A stretch of 64,000 bases of DNA from contig DF236952.1 of NCBI GenBank assembly GCA_000708835.1, positions 62,001 to 126,000 of the forward strand, read 5' to 3'. This document shows positions 61,701-64,000 of the stretch, piece by piece; the stretch's first letter is position 1; each line of letters opens with the position of its first letter. A program made the translations under genes and the position numbers. The notes below the pieces were generated by a model. That model worked only from the letters and a program-made list of their open reading frames with translations, did no database searches and was not told where the DNA came from. This stretch comes from Klebsormidium nitens. Its lineage: Eukaryota > Plantae > Klebsormidiophyceae.

Positions 61701-64000
61701 ATCGTCACCGCCAGATAGTTTGGGGGGGGGTTGGGGAGGCCCGGGCCCATAAGGAGCACAGTCTGGGAGAACGAACGGGCGTAAAGTTCTTTCCTCCGCT
61801 TACAGAATCATTTGTCCAATTGGCTGGAGTTCTACTGTAGTTGGACGCGAGGACTCCGTTTTGAAGTCAATGAGCGGTTCGAGCCTAGGATTGCACAATT
61901 GGGCTCAGGTTTGATGCCCGTTAGGAAGGAACGAGTCAGACGAAGCGGAGCAACTGAAGCATAGGCTTGGGCAGACACAAAGCAATGTGCTTTAGCACCG
62001 GCAAAGCAATATTCGAGGATTGCATGGAAGAACCGCCTCCTAGATATGCTGGAGGCATCAGAAACCCGCAGGAGCTAGGGCTTCGTGTAAACTTCGCATC
62101 AAAACACTCGCATCAAAATTGGCAACTGCTGATGTCAAGAACGGAGGTATATCGATGAGTCGTTCAGAGCCGTTGCTGTTGCGATTCAGAAGGAACAGAG
62201 GCTCACTTTGGGCGGCATGCCGTTCAGATCGGAGCCCGACACGTTGAGGGAGTTGCCCGAGCTCAGGTCGAACCACTGGATGTACAGATCGACCGACGCC
62301 TGGCCGCCGAACGGCCCCACCACCCAGGTGCACGTCTGGCCGGGGACTTGGAGCGACTGCGCGCGAGCAGACAAAGCAGTTCGAGACTCAACGATGATCA
62401 TTACATATATCTCGAGGTCGAAAAATGGCAATAGTTTACGCATGAATATACAAATTTCCAGATTGATGTTGGAAAGGGGACCTGGAGCGACTGCGCGCGA
62501 GCAGAGAAAGCAGTTCGGGACTCGACGATGATCATTTACGGATCTCGAGGTTTCGAAGAATGGCAACCATTCACTTATGGACCTAAACTTTTCGAAATCG
62601 AAGATGGGAAGGGGACCTGGAGCGACTGCACGCGAGCAGGCAAAGCGGGTCGGCCCTCGACGATACATTCTGAAAAATCTCAAAGATTCAAAGATCGATG
62701 ATCTGAATAAGGCAATCTGGAGCGACTGCAAGCGAGCACGCGAAGCGGTTCGGGCCTCAGTTGACAGAACAATATCAGATTGAGGATCTCAGAATTTTAG
62801 AAACGAATGATATGAAAGGAGACTTGAAGCGACTGCGCGCGATCAGACAAAGCGCTTCGCGCTTCGACAAAGGATAACGATTTGAGGACCGCCACTTTGC
62901 AAAGAACAATGAATGGAAAGGGTTTTGTACGCGAACAGATGCCAAAGTTCGGGCGTCCACGACATTGAGCAATTTCATTGAAGCCTCTGTATTTTCGGCA
63001 CTGAGGGAGGTCCAAACATGCTCAAAACGCGAAAATCTGTGCACTAGCTGAAGGATATATGTCAGTCGACAGTGGTAGACTACCTTCCTTCCGTAGGCAT
63101 TAGCTCATCACTTATTGGTGTGGTCCAATGTTCGCATCAGACGTTGACAAGTCGACAAAGACCGGAAAAGGCAAAGATGTGATGAAAAGTCTGACAAGCA
63201 AACTAGACACCGAACAACCGACGAAGACTGAAAACCTCAAAAGATGGAATAAAGATTCTGCTTTGTGAAACAGATTCAGTTGAGGTTGGGATATGTGCGC
63301 TCGAGCAAGCAACTTACGTGCAGAGGGTCGGTGCCTGCAATGATTGCCCCTGCGTCACTTTGAATCGTGTACGTGCCCTTGCAGAAGCTGACGAACGGGA
63401 TAGTGATGTCGCCCAGGTTTCGTACCCCGTTGGAAGCCTTGGCGTCGAATGCCGAGATCGCGATGGGCCGACTGGCAGCGGACAAACGCGGACTTCAGGC
63501 CACTGAGCAGATCCTCTTACGGGACTTTGACTGAGATGCTAGAAAACTCTGCTTCAGCCGAAAGAGGAAGGAGGATCCGACAAGGCACGTTAATTGAAGG
63601 CGGCAGGGAAACTGGCTGTCAGGATTGCAGACACCTCTCTACCTACTCTGCACTCCAGATGTCAACAGAAAGAATATGTCATGTTCTCTCGCTTCAAGTC
63701 GTTTCCTTGCAAACCTCCTGCTCTAAGAGAAGCTTCCAGAGCGCTTACTTGAGGGGGATTGTGCCCGCAGAATTGGCGCTGCCAACAGCACTCAGCAAAA
63801 GGCTGCACCAGCATAACAAGCTTTGGTGAGTGTGCACAAAGATAGTTCGTCTCAAGGAAGCTCTCCATATTCGTGGAAACACTGGCAAGCTTCTTGTTTG
63901 AATGAAGGGGAGAAAACAGGGACTCCTGGGAATTTCCCTTTGAAGCCCCTTTGCTATGAGCTTTTGGATCGACAGTCCGAAGTGGTTGAATCTACAAAGA
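58737..64000 (-). CDS. CUB-like ectodomain + TM + RING-H2 E3 ubiquitin ligase; 5' end at or beyond the right edge of the window
   Basis: Exons (>=63880)-63749, 63471-63318, 62356-62207, 61762-61631, 61217-61164, 60466-60248, 59812-59404, 59074-58737; phase-consistent. RING-H2 CAICLVDYEEGALLRPLPCGHAFHTACIDTWLKKDPSCPLC; TM LVWAGGGCLIIIVVFAGIIILKRRR; ectodomain CKGTYTIQSDAGAII…TCTWVVG…VDLYIQWFDL…LNV…TVVFNT…GFVMYY. Confidence 0.82.
62340..62850 (-). repeat. Array of four intronic echoes of the acceptor of the RING gene's 'SLQVPGQTCTW' exon
   Basis: gcag|TCGCT(C/T)CA at exon-start equivalents 62356 (true), 62490, 62625, 62725 and 62832; spacing 134, 135, 100, 107. Each copy has ~45 nt of shared intron plus 13-18 nt of exon, and all keep CAG. 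Confidence 0.92.

Noticed and set aside
8980-62731. Long antisense or off-frame ORFs in the track (e.g. 8980-9549 +, 20405-20857 +, 61967-62531 +, 58718-59191 +)
   Set aside because: They are shadows of GC-rich exons or echo arrays on the other strand or frame; no independent coding signal.
51430-62850. Regularly spaced repeats superficially like CRISPR arrays
   Set aside because: The context is eukaryotic, the units are degenerate copies of adjacent exon junctions, the spacers are themselves homologous, and no cas genes are present.

Overview
This is intron-rich eukaryotic nuclear DNA with GC-rich exons and GT-AG introns of about 85-850 nt. The proteins resemble land-plant families, so the source is probably a streptophyte green alga of the Klebsormidium type (inference, not proven). 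By hand-splicing exons with consistent phases I could reconstruct ten recognisable genes: a NUDX9/NUDT22-type Nudix hydrolase (-), an ABCG half-transporter (-), a leishmanolysin/M8 metallopeptidase with a SEA-like domain and TM helix (+), a PRD3/PAIR1-like meiotic protein (-), pyridoxal reductase PLR1 (+), a group-I bZIP (-), a GT61-like glycosyltransferase (+), chlorophyll b reductase NYC1 (-), a UCP012943-type plant protein (+) and a 5'-truncated CUB-TM-RING-H2 E3 ligase (-). There are also two tentative genes and a small foldback/MITE-like element. The most striking unexplained structure is a set of 'exon echoes': at least eight introns or intron ends in four genes carry tandem 95-195 bp duplications of the adjacent exon-intron junction. 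They tend to decay with distance from the real exon, often keep their splice sites, and in several cases differ from the real exon mainly at synonymous positions. Genes also alternate strand strictly across the whole window. All gene models and family assignments are by eye and from recalled motifs; no searches were run.
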